DNA of 64,000 nt from Squalus acanthias (Eukaryota): contig CM059432.1 of the NCBI GenBank assembly GCA_030390025.1, positions 117,740,001 to 117,804,000 on the forward strand, in the 5' to 3' direction. Below the pieces are notes generated by a model. The model did no database searches. It saw only the letters and a program-made list of their open reading frames with translations, and had not been told where the DNA came from. Shown piece by piece: positions 24,295 through 34,680 of this stretch. The position numbers were made by a program, and so were the translations under genes. Each line of letters starts with the position of its first letter. Within the stretch, counting starts at the first letter, position 1.

Positions 24295-26495
24295 ATGGAA
24301 AGGGTGAGAGAACGCGCTCATCGCTTCACCGAGCGGGCCTTGGATGCTCTGGTTGGCGCAGTGGAGCGCAGACGATGTATGCTGTTCCCTGAGAGTGGCA
24401 GGAGGCCTTTGCCACGCGAGTTCAGAAGAGTGTGGAGGGAGGTGGCTCAGAGCGTCTCCTCCAGGAGCATGGTGCCCAGGACCCATACTCAATGCCGCAA
24501 AAAGTTCAACGACCTCACTCGGGTCGTCAGGGTGAGTGGCTTTTTCTCAATACCTCTCCATCCCTCCATCTCAACCTCACTCTATGGCCAGAGGGTCTTA
24601 AAACCCCAATGCACAACACTCATCCAACACCTATGGCCCTTTCATCAAACACACACACACATTCCACACTTTGCATACAGTAAGGGCTATTCACCTATGG
24701 GAGGCACATCAGGCAAGACCATGGCTGTATACAGTAAGGGCTATTCACCTATGGGAGGCACATCAGGCAAGACCATGGCTGTATACAGTAAGGGCTATTC
24801 ACCTATGGGAGGCACATCAGGCAAGACCATGGCTGCATACAGTAAGGGCTATTCACCTATGGGAGGCACATCAGGCAAGACCATGGCTGTATACAGTAAG
24901 GGCTATTCACCTATGGGAGGCACATCAGGCAAGACCATGGCTGCATACAGTAAGGGCTATTCACCTATGGGAGGCACATCAGGCAAGACCATGGCTGCAT
25001 ACAGTAAGGGCTATTCATCTATGGGAGGCACATCAGGCAAGACCATGGCTGCATACAGTAAGGGCTATTCACCTATGGGAGGCACATCAGGCAAGACCAT
25101 GGCTGCATACAGTAAGGGCTATTCACCTATGGGAGGCACATCAGGCAAGACCATGGCTGTATATTTACTCAGATGCTGTCCTTTTTCTTGCAGGCTAAGC
25201 TGGCTCATAATAGGAGACAGCAGCAACGGACAGGTGGAGGGCGGCTTCAGCTGCAACCGCTCAGCGATCTGGAGGAGCGCGTCCACAGGATTGTGGCAAG
25301 CCGGGTGATCGGTCCCGTCGCCACTGGAGACGCCGACCCCGTTGTGGACAGCAATGGTAAGGTCATCACCTTTTTGTCCTCTGTCCTTCCACTTGTCCCT
25401 CACAACACCAGCCTTTGACACTTTCAATCCAACTTGCTAACTCGCTGCACTTATTCCTCCCTTACTGCCACCCTGTCCTCACGCTAAAGCCACTCTTGTA
25501 CCTCCCTGCTTTCAGATGGTGATTCACCAGCTGAGGAGACGGGCCCTGAAGCTGCCACTGGGAGTGATGCTGCAGCCGAGGAGGAAGAGGAAGCCAGAGC
25601 ATCAGTGCCACCCTCTCCCGAGGAAGCCCATGCCCACACTGGGAACACGCCTTCCCCGGAGGGGAGCAGGGGGGAAGGGGCTGATGATGGTGAAGCTCCA
25701 GGACCCAGCGGGCTGCAGCAACGCCATGGGGGGGGTAGGGAAGAACGGGGGCCTTCTCCCCAGAGGGAGAGTATGCCAGACACTCCTACTGCAATGGACG
25801 CAGAGGAGGAGCGGCTGATTGCAGAAATGAACACCCAGGCGGTGGGCATGCACACTGAGCTCATGGGTGCAGTGGGAAGGGTGCCCGAATGCATTGAGTC
25901 ACTGGCAAGGAGTGTGGAGCACTTCGCTGTAGCACAGGCGGATGCCACACTAACGCTTAGTGCTGCAATTCAGTCACTGGCTGCCGTGATCCCACCTCTG
26001 ACTGCTCTCATACAGACTCAGATGGAGGCCACGCGAGCACAGACTGCTGCCAACCTCGATGGTTCGTGCACATGTCCCCGGGGCTGTCACCGCGCCGCAG
26101 CAGGCCAGCAATCTGTTCTCCGGCAGATTGCTCCGGATGCTGAAGTGCTGCCCCGTGGGAGTGCCAGTGTGTCGGGCGAGCAGGGAGTTGCTGGCCTCTC
26201 TCACGATGACAGCATTCCTGCTGCCAACACTGTCACTTCTCCACTGCACTTGCCACCGCCTGTAGGACAGACTGCTGCCGCCCATGCAGAGTTGGTGCAG
26301 TCTGCAGCCGGGCCCTCCAGGCCCAGAAGTGGTCGAGGCCGTCCTTCAGGGGCATCTGCAGTGTCAGGGTCTGACGAGCAGCAGCCTTCCACCAGCCTTG
26401 CTGCAGCCACTGAGGTCCCATTACGGAGGAGCAGTAGGGTTAGAAGGGGGGAAGTGCGCAAGGGAAGGAGATCACCCTCGAAGGGCAAAAAGTAG
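24295..26495 (+). CDS. Harbinger Myb/SANT-like (trihelix, NAIF1/MSANTD-type) DNA-binding protein; 3 exons 24295-24531, 25194-25356, 25516-26495; 459 aa spliced
   Basis: Exon 1 RAHRFTERALDALVGAVERRR..WREVA..RTHTQCRKKFNDL; donor AGG|GTGAGT; acceptor TTTTTCTTGCAG|GCTAAG gives AKLAHNRRQQQRTGGG; AATG|GTAAGG; TTTCAG|ATGGT in frame with ORF 25605-26495; total 1380 nt with no stop; basic NLS-like C-terminus. Confidence 0.85.
24673..25162. repeat. 54-bp minisatellite, 9 copies, in intron 1 of the Harbinger Myb gene
   Basis: ACAGTAAGGGCTATTCACCTATGGGAGGCACATCAGGCAAGACCATGGCTG(T/C)AT recurs every 54 bp from 24677 to 25109. Confidence 0.97.
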
Positions 26496-26789
26496 GAGGT
26501 GTGACAAAATGCTGGTCATTTTTTTATTAAAGGCCGAGGTTCATGGTCCAACTTTTGTTTAGTGTTTTGGACATTATCTCCAGGTTGTGAGAACCAGTTA
26601 TGTTATTGACTGTTTTTTTGTGTTTATTTCTATGAGTTTGTCATGAGGAATTGACACACACAGAGTTTGTAAAATAAATAAGTTTCTGTATTCAAAATAT
26701 ACATGGCTGGTGGTTGGAATTATTGGTGCCTTGGCCGGCTTAGGGGTTGCGTGCTGGGTTGATTAGTGTTTGTAGCAATGGCAGGGGCC

Positions 26790-27950
26790 CTAGAAGCGGC
26801 TTGCTATTAGTCGTTGACGGACGGCCCTTGCAGTTTGACCATTGTGGGCCGCCCTCCTGCCTTGGTGCTGCTGATGATCATCGTCCTCGTCCTCTTCCTC
26901 CTCTTCCTCCTCCTCCTCTGGTGGTGCTACAAGGCCTGGTGGCATTGGCTGGGTCCTGAGGATTGCCATGTTGTGCAACATGCAGCACACGACTACGAAG
27001 TTTGAAACTTGCTCAGGCGAGTACTGCAGGGCTCCTTCGGAATGGTCCAGACAGCGGAACCGTTGTTTCAGCACGCCGATTGTGCGCTCAATAATGTTCC
27101 TGGTTGCTTGATGGCTTTCATTGTACCGCAGCTCAGCAGGGGTGTTTGGCGTACGGAGCGGTGTCATCAGCCAGGTGCTCAATGCGTACCCCTTGTCCCC
27201 GAGAAGCCAACCAACTGGCTGATGCGGTGCCTCGAAAACTTCTGCCACAGTAGTCTGGCGCAGGATGAAAGCATCGTGGCAGCTGCCCGGATAGTGGGCA
27301 TTGACAGCGAGTATCACCTGTCTGTGGTCACAGACCAACTGCACATTCAAGGAATGGAACCCCTTTCTGTTCCTGAATTCCTCTGCATTCTCTCGCGGAG
27401 CACGCAAAGCCACATGCGTGCAGTCAATGGCGCCCTGCACCATGGGGAAGCCCGCTACCCTCGCAAAGCCCAGAGCACGGTCACGCTGCTTGTCTGGGGT
27501 CATAGGGAAAGAGATGAAGTCTCGTCTCCTTCTGAAGAGGGCATTGGTGACCTGCCGGATGCAGCGATGCACCGCAAACTGGGAGATATTGGCGAGGTCC
27601 CCAACAGCAGCTTGGAATGAGCCAGTGGCGTAGAAGTTCAAAGCCACTGTGACCTTCACTGCCACCGACAGAGACGTCCTGGACCTCAGCTGAGGCTGCA
27701 GATCTGGCTGCAGCAGGTGGCAGAGCTCAGTGACCACCTCCTTGCTGAATCGCAGCCTTCGCAAAAACAGCTCCTCGGACATATGGATGTAGGAGAGCTG
27801 TTCACGATATACCCTGGGAGGGTAAGCTCTCCTGTACATGCGCCTGATGGCCCTCCTCCGTCTGGCCATCATTGCCACTCTCTGTCTGCGTCTCGGTATC
27901 CTCCGATTCAGCTGGAGCAGGACGACGCCCCCAATCATTGCAGCCCCCAT
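26790..27950 (-). CDS. Harbinger (HARBI1-like, DDE_Tnp_4) transposase, ~386 aa from the ATG of MGAAM, intact
   Basis: Catalytic motifs GAIDCTHV, GWLLGDKGY, RNIIERTIGVLKQRFRCL; RNRKGFHSLNVQLVCD; YPGSCHDAFIL; acidic C-terminal tail; uninterrupted ORF. Confidence 0.93.
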   Translation of the reverse strand: MGAAMIGGVVLLQLNRRIPRRRQRVAMMARRRRAIRRMYRRAYPPRVYREQLSYIHMSEELFLRRLRFSKEVVTELCHLLQPDLQPQLRSRTSLSVAVKVTVALNFYATGSFQAAVGDLANISQFAVHRCIRQVTNALFRRRRDFISFPMTPDKQRDRALGFARVAGFPMVQGAIDCTHVALRAPRENAEEFRNRKGFHSLNVQLVCDHRQVILAVNAHYPGSCHDAFILRQTTVAEVFEAPHQPVGWLLGDKGYALSTWLMTPLRTPNTPAELRYNESHQATRNIIERTIGVLKQRFRCLDHSEGALQYSPEQVSNFVVVCCMLHNMAILRTQPMPPGLVAPPEEEEEEEEEDEDDDHQQHQGRRAAHNGQTARAVRQRLIASRF

Positions 27951-28146
27951 ATTCTCTTTGCCAGAAAAGTAATGAGGTACAGCAACTAAAGTAGCAACAA
28001 AGTTAGGATGAATAGGCAAAACTACCTCACAAAGCATTGAGTCAATGTAGAAGTCTCTCTCTCTCTCTCTCCCCGAATCTCTCTCTCTCTCTCAGAACGA
28101 GTGGTGCATAAATGTCGACCACAGAAAAAGACAGGAAGAGGCCCCC

Positions 28147-28292
28147 TTTAAATAGCGCCCCCCCCCAGCCCCACACCGATTGATAGCGTTCCAGTCTTCC
28201 GGTCGTTTGAAGCGCCAGGCGGTAAGGCAGGGGGCGCCACTCAATTTCCGCTCCGGGGCGCCCCAAGGGCGTTGCACCATGGAATGACGTCA
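28147..28292 (-). promoter_or_regulatory. Putative transposase promoter: CRE palindrome plus TATA-like box
   Basis: TGACGTCA 28285-28292 and TATTTAAA (minus; 28154-28147) upstream of the transposase ATG; same pair and spacing in three related elements. Confidence 0.6.
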
Positions 28293-28548
28293 CAATCTGC
28301 GCACGCAGGTGGTCGCAGCGGTAAGTTTTAGCGCCGCCGCACAATCTCAAGTTAAGTTCTCGAGCGGCGCAAACATCGCTGCGCCCGGGCGTTAGCGGCT
28401 TAACGCCCCATTAGCGCCCTCTTAAGGCGCTAACGGGAGGCGCAACCAAGTGAATTTTTACCCCTAAGTATTTATCCAATTCCCTTTTGAAAGTTATTAT
28501 TGAATCTGCTTCCACCACCCTTTCAGACAGCACATTCCAGATCATTAC

Positions 28549-31500
28549 CAATACGGTAATCATGGGGGACTTTAATCTGCATATTGACTGGGCAGATCAA
28601 ATTACCACTAATGGTGTGGAGGACAAATTCTTGGAATGCATGCGAGATGGTTTCCTGGATCAGTATGTGGAGGAACCAACCAGGGAACAGGCTATTCTGG
28701 ATCTGGTACTGTGTAATGAAAAAGGGCTAATTAATAATCTTGTGGTAAAGGGACCTTTAGGGACAAGTGACCATAATATGATTGAATTTTACATTAAGTT
28801 TGAGAGTGATGTAGTCCAATCTGAAACTAAGGTCTTCATTCTAAACAGAGGAAACTACAAGGGTATGAGGGACAAGTTGGCCATGGTAGATTGGGAGACT
28901 ACACTAAAAGGTATGAAGGTGGACATACAATGGCTAACATTCAAGGAAATGATGCATAATTTGCAACAAACATATATTCCTCTAGGGCATAAAAACCCAA
29001 AAGGAAAAGTGATCCAACCATGGCTAACAAAATAAATTCAAGCTCGTAGTAAGTCAAAGGAGGAAGCTTATAAAGTTGCCAGATAAAGCGGTCAGCCTGA
29101 GGATTGTGATCTTTTTAGAAATCAGCGAAGGGGGACCAAGAAATTGATTAAGAAAGGGAAAATGGAATATGAGCAGAAACTAGCGAAAAATATAAAGACG
29201 GATTTTAAAAGCTTCTATAGGTTTGTGAAAAGGAAAAGACTGGCGAAGGTAAATGTAGGTCCTTTACAGTCAGAGACGGGAGAATTTATAATGGGGAATG
29301 AGGAAATGGCAGAGAGAAATTAAATAAATACTTTGTTTCTGTCTTCACGGAGGAAGACACAGGCTGGGAGGAAAAAGTGTGGAAGAGCTATAGTGATAGG
29401 GGACTAAATTGTAAGTGGAATAGATAGGCTTTTCTGCGGCCGCAAACGAGACTCCAGGATGGTGTGTTGCCTCCCTGGTGCAAGGGTCAAGGACGTCTCG
29501 GAGCGGCTACGGAACATTTTGGAGGGGGAGGGTGAACAGCTAGTTGTCGTGGTGCACATAGTCATCAACAATATAGGTAAAAAACGGGATGAGGTCCTAA
29601 AAGCAGAATATAGGGAGTTAGGAGGTAAAATAAAAAATAGGACCTCAAAGGTAGTAATCTCAGGATTGCTACCAGTGCCACGTGCTAGTCAGAGTAGAAA
29701 TAGAAGGATATTTCAGATGAATACGTGGCTAGAGGAATGGTGCAAGGGGGAGGGATTCAAATTCCTTGGACATTGGAACCGGTTCTGGGGGAGGTGGGAC
29801 CAGTACAAACGGGACGGTCTGCACCTGGGCAGGGCCGGGACCGATGTCCTAGGGGGAGTGTTTGCTAGTGCTGTTGGGGAGAGTTTAAACTAAAGTGGCA
29901 GGGGGTTGGGAACCTGAGCAGGGAGACAGAGGAAAGGGAAACAAGGATAAAAGCAAAAGACAGGAAGGAGAAAAACAAAAGTAGAAGGCAAAGAACTCAA
30001 CAGTTTAAATCAAACATAGTCACAGTAAATAATAATTCACATAGGTCTGAGAGCGTTAAAAAAACAAGCCTGAAGGCTTTGTGTTTTAATGCAAGGAGCA
30101 TTTGGAACAAGGTGGATGAATTAGCTGCGCAAATAGAGGTAAATGAATACGATTTGATTGGGATTACAGAAACATGGCTCCAGGATGGCCAAGGCTGGGA
30201 ACTCAACATCCAGGTTTATTCAATATTTAGGAAAGATAGGCAAAAAAGAAAGGGAGGTGGGGTAGCTTTGCTGGTTAAAGAGGGGATTAACACAATTGAA
30301 AGGAAGGATATTAGCTCTGATGATGCGGAATCTGTATGGGTAGAACTGAGAAATAACAAGGGGCAGAAAACGTTAGTGGGAGTGGTATATAGACCTCCAA
30401 ACAGTAATATGGAGGTTGAGGATGGCATTAAAAGGGAAATTAGAGAAGCATGCAGTAAGGGCACAGCAGTCATCATGGGTGACTTTAATTTACATATAGA
30501 TTGGGCTAACCAAATTAGTAAAAATACTGTGGAGGAGGAATTCCTAGAATGTTTACGGGATGGTTTTCTGGAACAATATGTCGAGGAACCAACCAGAGAT
30601 CAGGCCATCTTAGACTGGGTATTATGTAATGAGAAAGGATTAATTAGCAATCTTGTTGTACGAGGCCCCTTGGGTCAAAGTGATCATAATATGATAGAAT
30701 TCTTCATTAGGATGGAGAGTGAAGTAGTTGAATCAGAGACTAGGGTCCTGAATTTAAATAAAGGAAACTATGATAGTATGAGGCGCGAATTGGGTAGGAT
30801 TGATTTGGGAATGTCACTCAAAGGGTTGACAGTGGATAGGCAATGGCAAACATTCAAAGACTACATGGATGAACTACAGAATTTGTTCATCCTAGTGTGG
30901 CATAAGAATAAAAGAAAAAGGGTGACTCAACCGTGGCTAACAAGGGAAATTAGGGATAGCATAAGCTCCAAGGAGAGGGCATATAAATTGGTCAGAAAAT
31001 GCGGTAACCCTGAGGATTGGGAGCAGTTTAGGATTCAACAAAGGAGGACAAAGAGATTAATTAAGAAGGGGAAAATAGAATATGAAAGTAAGCTTGGAGG
31101 GAACATAAAAACTGACTGTACGAGCTTTTATAGATAGGTGAAGAGAAAAAGATTAGTGAAATCAAGTGTAGGTCCCTTGCAGTCAGAAGCGGGGGAAGTT
31201 ATAATGGGGAACAAAGAAATGGCACACCAATTAAATGCATATTTTGGTTCTGTCTTCACAAAGGAGGACACAAATAACCTCCCAGAGATGTTGGAGAACA
31301 TACGGTCTGATGAAAGGGAGGAACTAAAAGAAATCAGTATTTGCAGGGAAATGGTGTTAGGGAAATTGACGGGATTGAAGGCCGATAAATCCCCAGGGCC
31401 TGATAATCTACATCCTAGGGTACTTAAGTAAGTGGCCCTAGAAATAGTAGATGCATTGCTGATCATCTTCCAACATTCAATGGAATCTGGAACTGTACCC

Positions 31501-34500
31501 ATGGATTGGAGGGTAGCTAATGTTACCCCACTATTCAAAAAGGGTGGTAGAGAGAAAGCGGGGAATTACAGACTGGTAAGCCTGACATCGGTAGTGGGGA
31601 AAATGTTAGAGTCCATTATAAAGGATGTAATAGCTGAGCACTTGAAAAACAGTGACAGGATCGGACAAAGTCAACATGGATTTACAAAAGGTAAATCGTG
31701 CTTGACTAATCTACTGGAATTTTTTGAGTATGTAACTGGGAAAATATATAAGGGAGAACCAGTAGATGTGGTGTATTTGTACTTTCAAAAGGCTTTTGAT
31801 AAGGTCCCGCATAAGAGATTAGCGTGTAAAGTTAAGGCACATGGGATTGGGGGCAAGGTATTGACTTGGATAGAGAACTGGTTGGCGGACAGAAAGCAGA
31901 GAGTAGGAATTAATGGGTCTTTTTTCCGAGTGGCAAGCAGTGCCTAGTGGGGTACTGCAGGGATCGGTCCTTGGACCCCAGCTATTCACAATATACATTA
32001 ATGATCTAGATAAGGGAACTAAATGTAATATCTCCAAGTTTGCAGATGACACAAAGCTGGGTGGGCGTGTGTACTGCGAGGAGGATACCGAGAAACTCCA
32101 GGATGATTTGGACAGGTTGGGTGAGTGGGCAGAAGCGTGGCAGATGCAATATAACGTGGATAAATGCGAGGTTATCCACTTTGGTGCCAAAAACAGAAAG
32201 GCAGACTATTATCTGAATGGCAATAGATTGGGAGAAGGGGAAGTGCAACGAGACCTGGGTGTCCTTGTGCACCAGTCGCTGAAGGTAAGCATGCAGGTGC
32301 AGCAGGCGGTGAAGAAGGCAAATGGTATGTTGGCCTTCATAGCGAAAGGGTTTGAGTATAGGAACAGGGATGTCCTGCTGCAGTTGTACAGGGCCTTGGT
32401 GAGACAACACCTTGAGTACTGTGTGCAGTTTTGGTCGCCTTATCTGAGGAAGGATGTTCTTGCCATGGAAGGAGTTCAGCGAAGATTCACAAGGCTGATA
32501 CCTGGGATGGCAGGAATGACATATGAGGAGAGATTGGGTCGATTGGGCTTATACTCGCTGGTGTATAGAAGAATGAGAGGGGTTCTCATCGAATTATATA
32601 AAATTCTGACAGGTCTGGACAAACTAGATGCAGGAAGAATGTTCCCGATGGTCGGAGAGTCCAGAACCAGTGGTCATAATCTAAGGATGAGGGGTAAGCC
32701 ATTTAGGACAGAAATGAGGAAGAATTTCTTCACCCAGAGAGTGGTGAAACTGTGGAATTTTCTACCACAGAAGGTAGTTGAGGCCAAGTCATTAAATATA
32801 TTCAAGAATGAGTTAGATATACTTCTTAAAGCTAAAGGTATCAAGGGATATGGGGAGAAGGCAGGTACAGGTACTGAGTTTGGATGATCAGCCATGATCT
32901 CATCGAATGGCGGAGCAGGCTCGAGGGGCCAAATGGCCTACTCCTGCTCCTATCTTCTATGTTTCTATGTTTCTATGTAAAACCTCCCAGAAATACGAGA
33001 AAACCAAGGGTGTGGAGCGAATGAGGAACTTAAAGAAATTATTATTCGTAAAAAAACAGTACTAGCAAAATTAATGGGTCTAAAAGTCGATAAATCCCAA
33101 GGATCGGATGACCTACATCCTAGGGTTTTGAAAGAGGTGGTCTTTGGGATAGTGGACGCATTGGTTGTCATCTTCCAAAATTCTATAGATTCTGGAACGT
33201 TTCCTGCAGATTGGAGGATAGCAAATGTAACCCCGCTATTTAAGAAAGGAGGAAGAGAGAAAACGGGACACGACAGACCTGTTAGCCTCACATCAGTAGT
33301 TGGGAAAATGCTGGAATCTATTCTAAAGGATGCAATAACTGGGCACTTAGAAACTAATAGTAAGATTGGGCAGAGTCAACATGGATTTATGAAAGGGAAA
33401 TCCTGTTTGACAAACCTATTGGAGTTCTTTGAGGATGTAACTAGTGGAGTAGACGAAGGGGAACTGGTAGATATGGTGTATCTGGATTTTCAGAAGGCCT
33501 TCGATAAGGTCCCACACAAGAGGTTGGTGAACAAAATTAGGACACATGGAATTGGGGGTAATATACTAGCATGGACTGAGAATTGGTTGACAGACAGAAA
33601 ACAAAGAGTAGGGATAAACGGGTCTTTTTCAGGATGGCACGCTGTGACTAGTGGCGTACCGCAAGGATCGGTGCTTGGGCCCCAGCTATTCACAATCTAT
33701 ATCAATGATTTGGATGAGGGGACTAAGTGTAACATTTCCAAATTTGCTGATGATAAAAAATTAGGTGGCAGTGTTAGTTGTGAATAGGATGTGAAGAGGC
33801 TTCAAGGGGATCTCGACAGGCTCAGTGAATGGGCGAGAACATGGCAGATGGAATATAATGTGGATAAATGTGAAGTTATCCACTTTGGTAGAAAAAACAG
33901 AAAGGCAGATTATTTCCTAAATGGTGAAAGATTGGGGAATGCAGATGCTCAAAGGGACCTGGGTGTCCTTGTACATGAGTCACTGAAAGTGAATGTGCAG
34001 GTGCAGCAAGCCATTAGGAAGGCAAATGGTATGCTGGCCTTCATTACAAGAGGATTTGAGTACAGGAGTAAAGAAGTCTTACTCCAATTATGTAGGGTGT
34101 TGGTGAGACCACACCTGGAGTACTGTGTACAATTTTGTTCTCCTTACCTTTGGAAGAATATACTTGCCACAGAGGGAATGCAACGAAGGTTCATGAAATT
34201 GATTCCTGGGATGGCGGGACTGTCGTATGAGAAGAGATTGAGTAAACTAGGCCTGTATTCTCTTGAATTCAGAAGAATGAGAGGGGATCTCATTGAAGCA
34301 TACAAAATTATTACAGGGCTTGATAGGATGGATGCTGGGAGAATGTTTCCCTTGGCTGGGGAGTCTAGAACCAGGGACCACAGCCTCAGGATAAAGGGTA
34401 GGCCATTCAGGACTGAGATGAGAAGAAATTTCTTCACACAGAGGGTGGTGAATCTTTGGAATTCTCTACCCCAGAGGGCTGTGGAGGCTCAGTCATTGGG

Positions 34501-34680
34501 TATATTCAAAACAAAAGTCGATAGATTTCTGACTAGTAAAGGCATCAAGGTATATGGCGATAGGGCCAGTGAATGGAGTTGAGGCAAAAGATCAGCCATG
34601 ATCTCATTGAATGGCGGAGCAGGCTCAAAGGGCCGAATGGCCTACTCCTGCTCCTATTTCTTATGTTCTTATGTTCTTAT
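28549..34680 (+). mobile_element. CR1 LINE (ORF2 pseudogene) in two pieces, 28549-29361 and 32978-34680
   Basis: APE GDFNLHIDW/SDHNMIEF; RT 33074-34582; GAGGAAGACAC|AAAACCTCCCAGAAAT rejoin across the inner CR1; (TTCTTATG)n tail. Confidence 0.9.
29362..32977 (+). mobile_element. 5'-truncated CR1 LINE nested in another CR1; same subfamily as 61062-64000
   Basis: Esterase ORF1 end (29459-29893), ORF2 APE (30079-31137), RT (31138-32887) with few stops/frameshift; (TTTCTATG)n tail; very similar to 61862-64000. Confidence 0.93.

Larger units (their letters stand above)
23942..28464. mobile_element. Full-length, apparently autonomous PIF/Harbinger DNA transposon (4,523 bp)
   Basis: TIRs GGGGTAGAAATT / AATTTTTACCCC (1 mismatch); TSD TAA (23939-23941, 28465-28467); convergent Myb-like gene (+) and DDE transposase (-), both open. 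Confidence 0.95.

Noticed and set aside
24673..25162. CRISPR-like array
   Set aside because: Head-to-tail identical 54-bp units with no unique spacers, in a eukaryotic intron; no cas genes
27009..27620. 203-aa plus-strand ORF (and similar ones such as 61491-62072, 1350-1781)
   Set aside because: Antisense shadows of transposase or LINE ORFs with no recognisable domain
26790..28037. Host domesticated gene HARBI1 (and NAIF1 for the Myb gene)
   Set aside because: Both ORFs lie between TIRs with a TSD and have decayed relatives nearby, so they are transposon genes; no symbol assigned. The TTG start at 28037 is less plausible than the ATG at 27950
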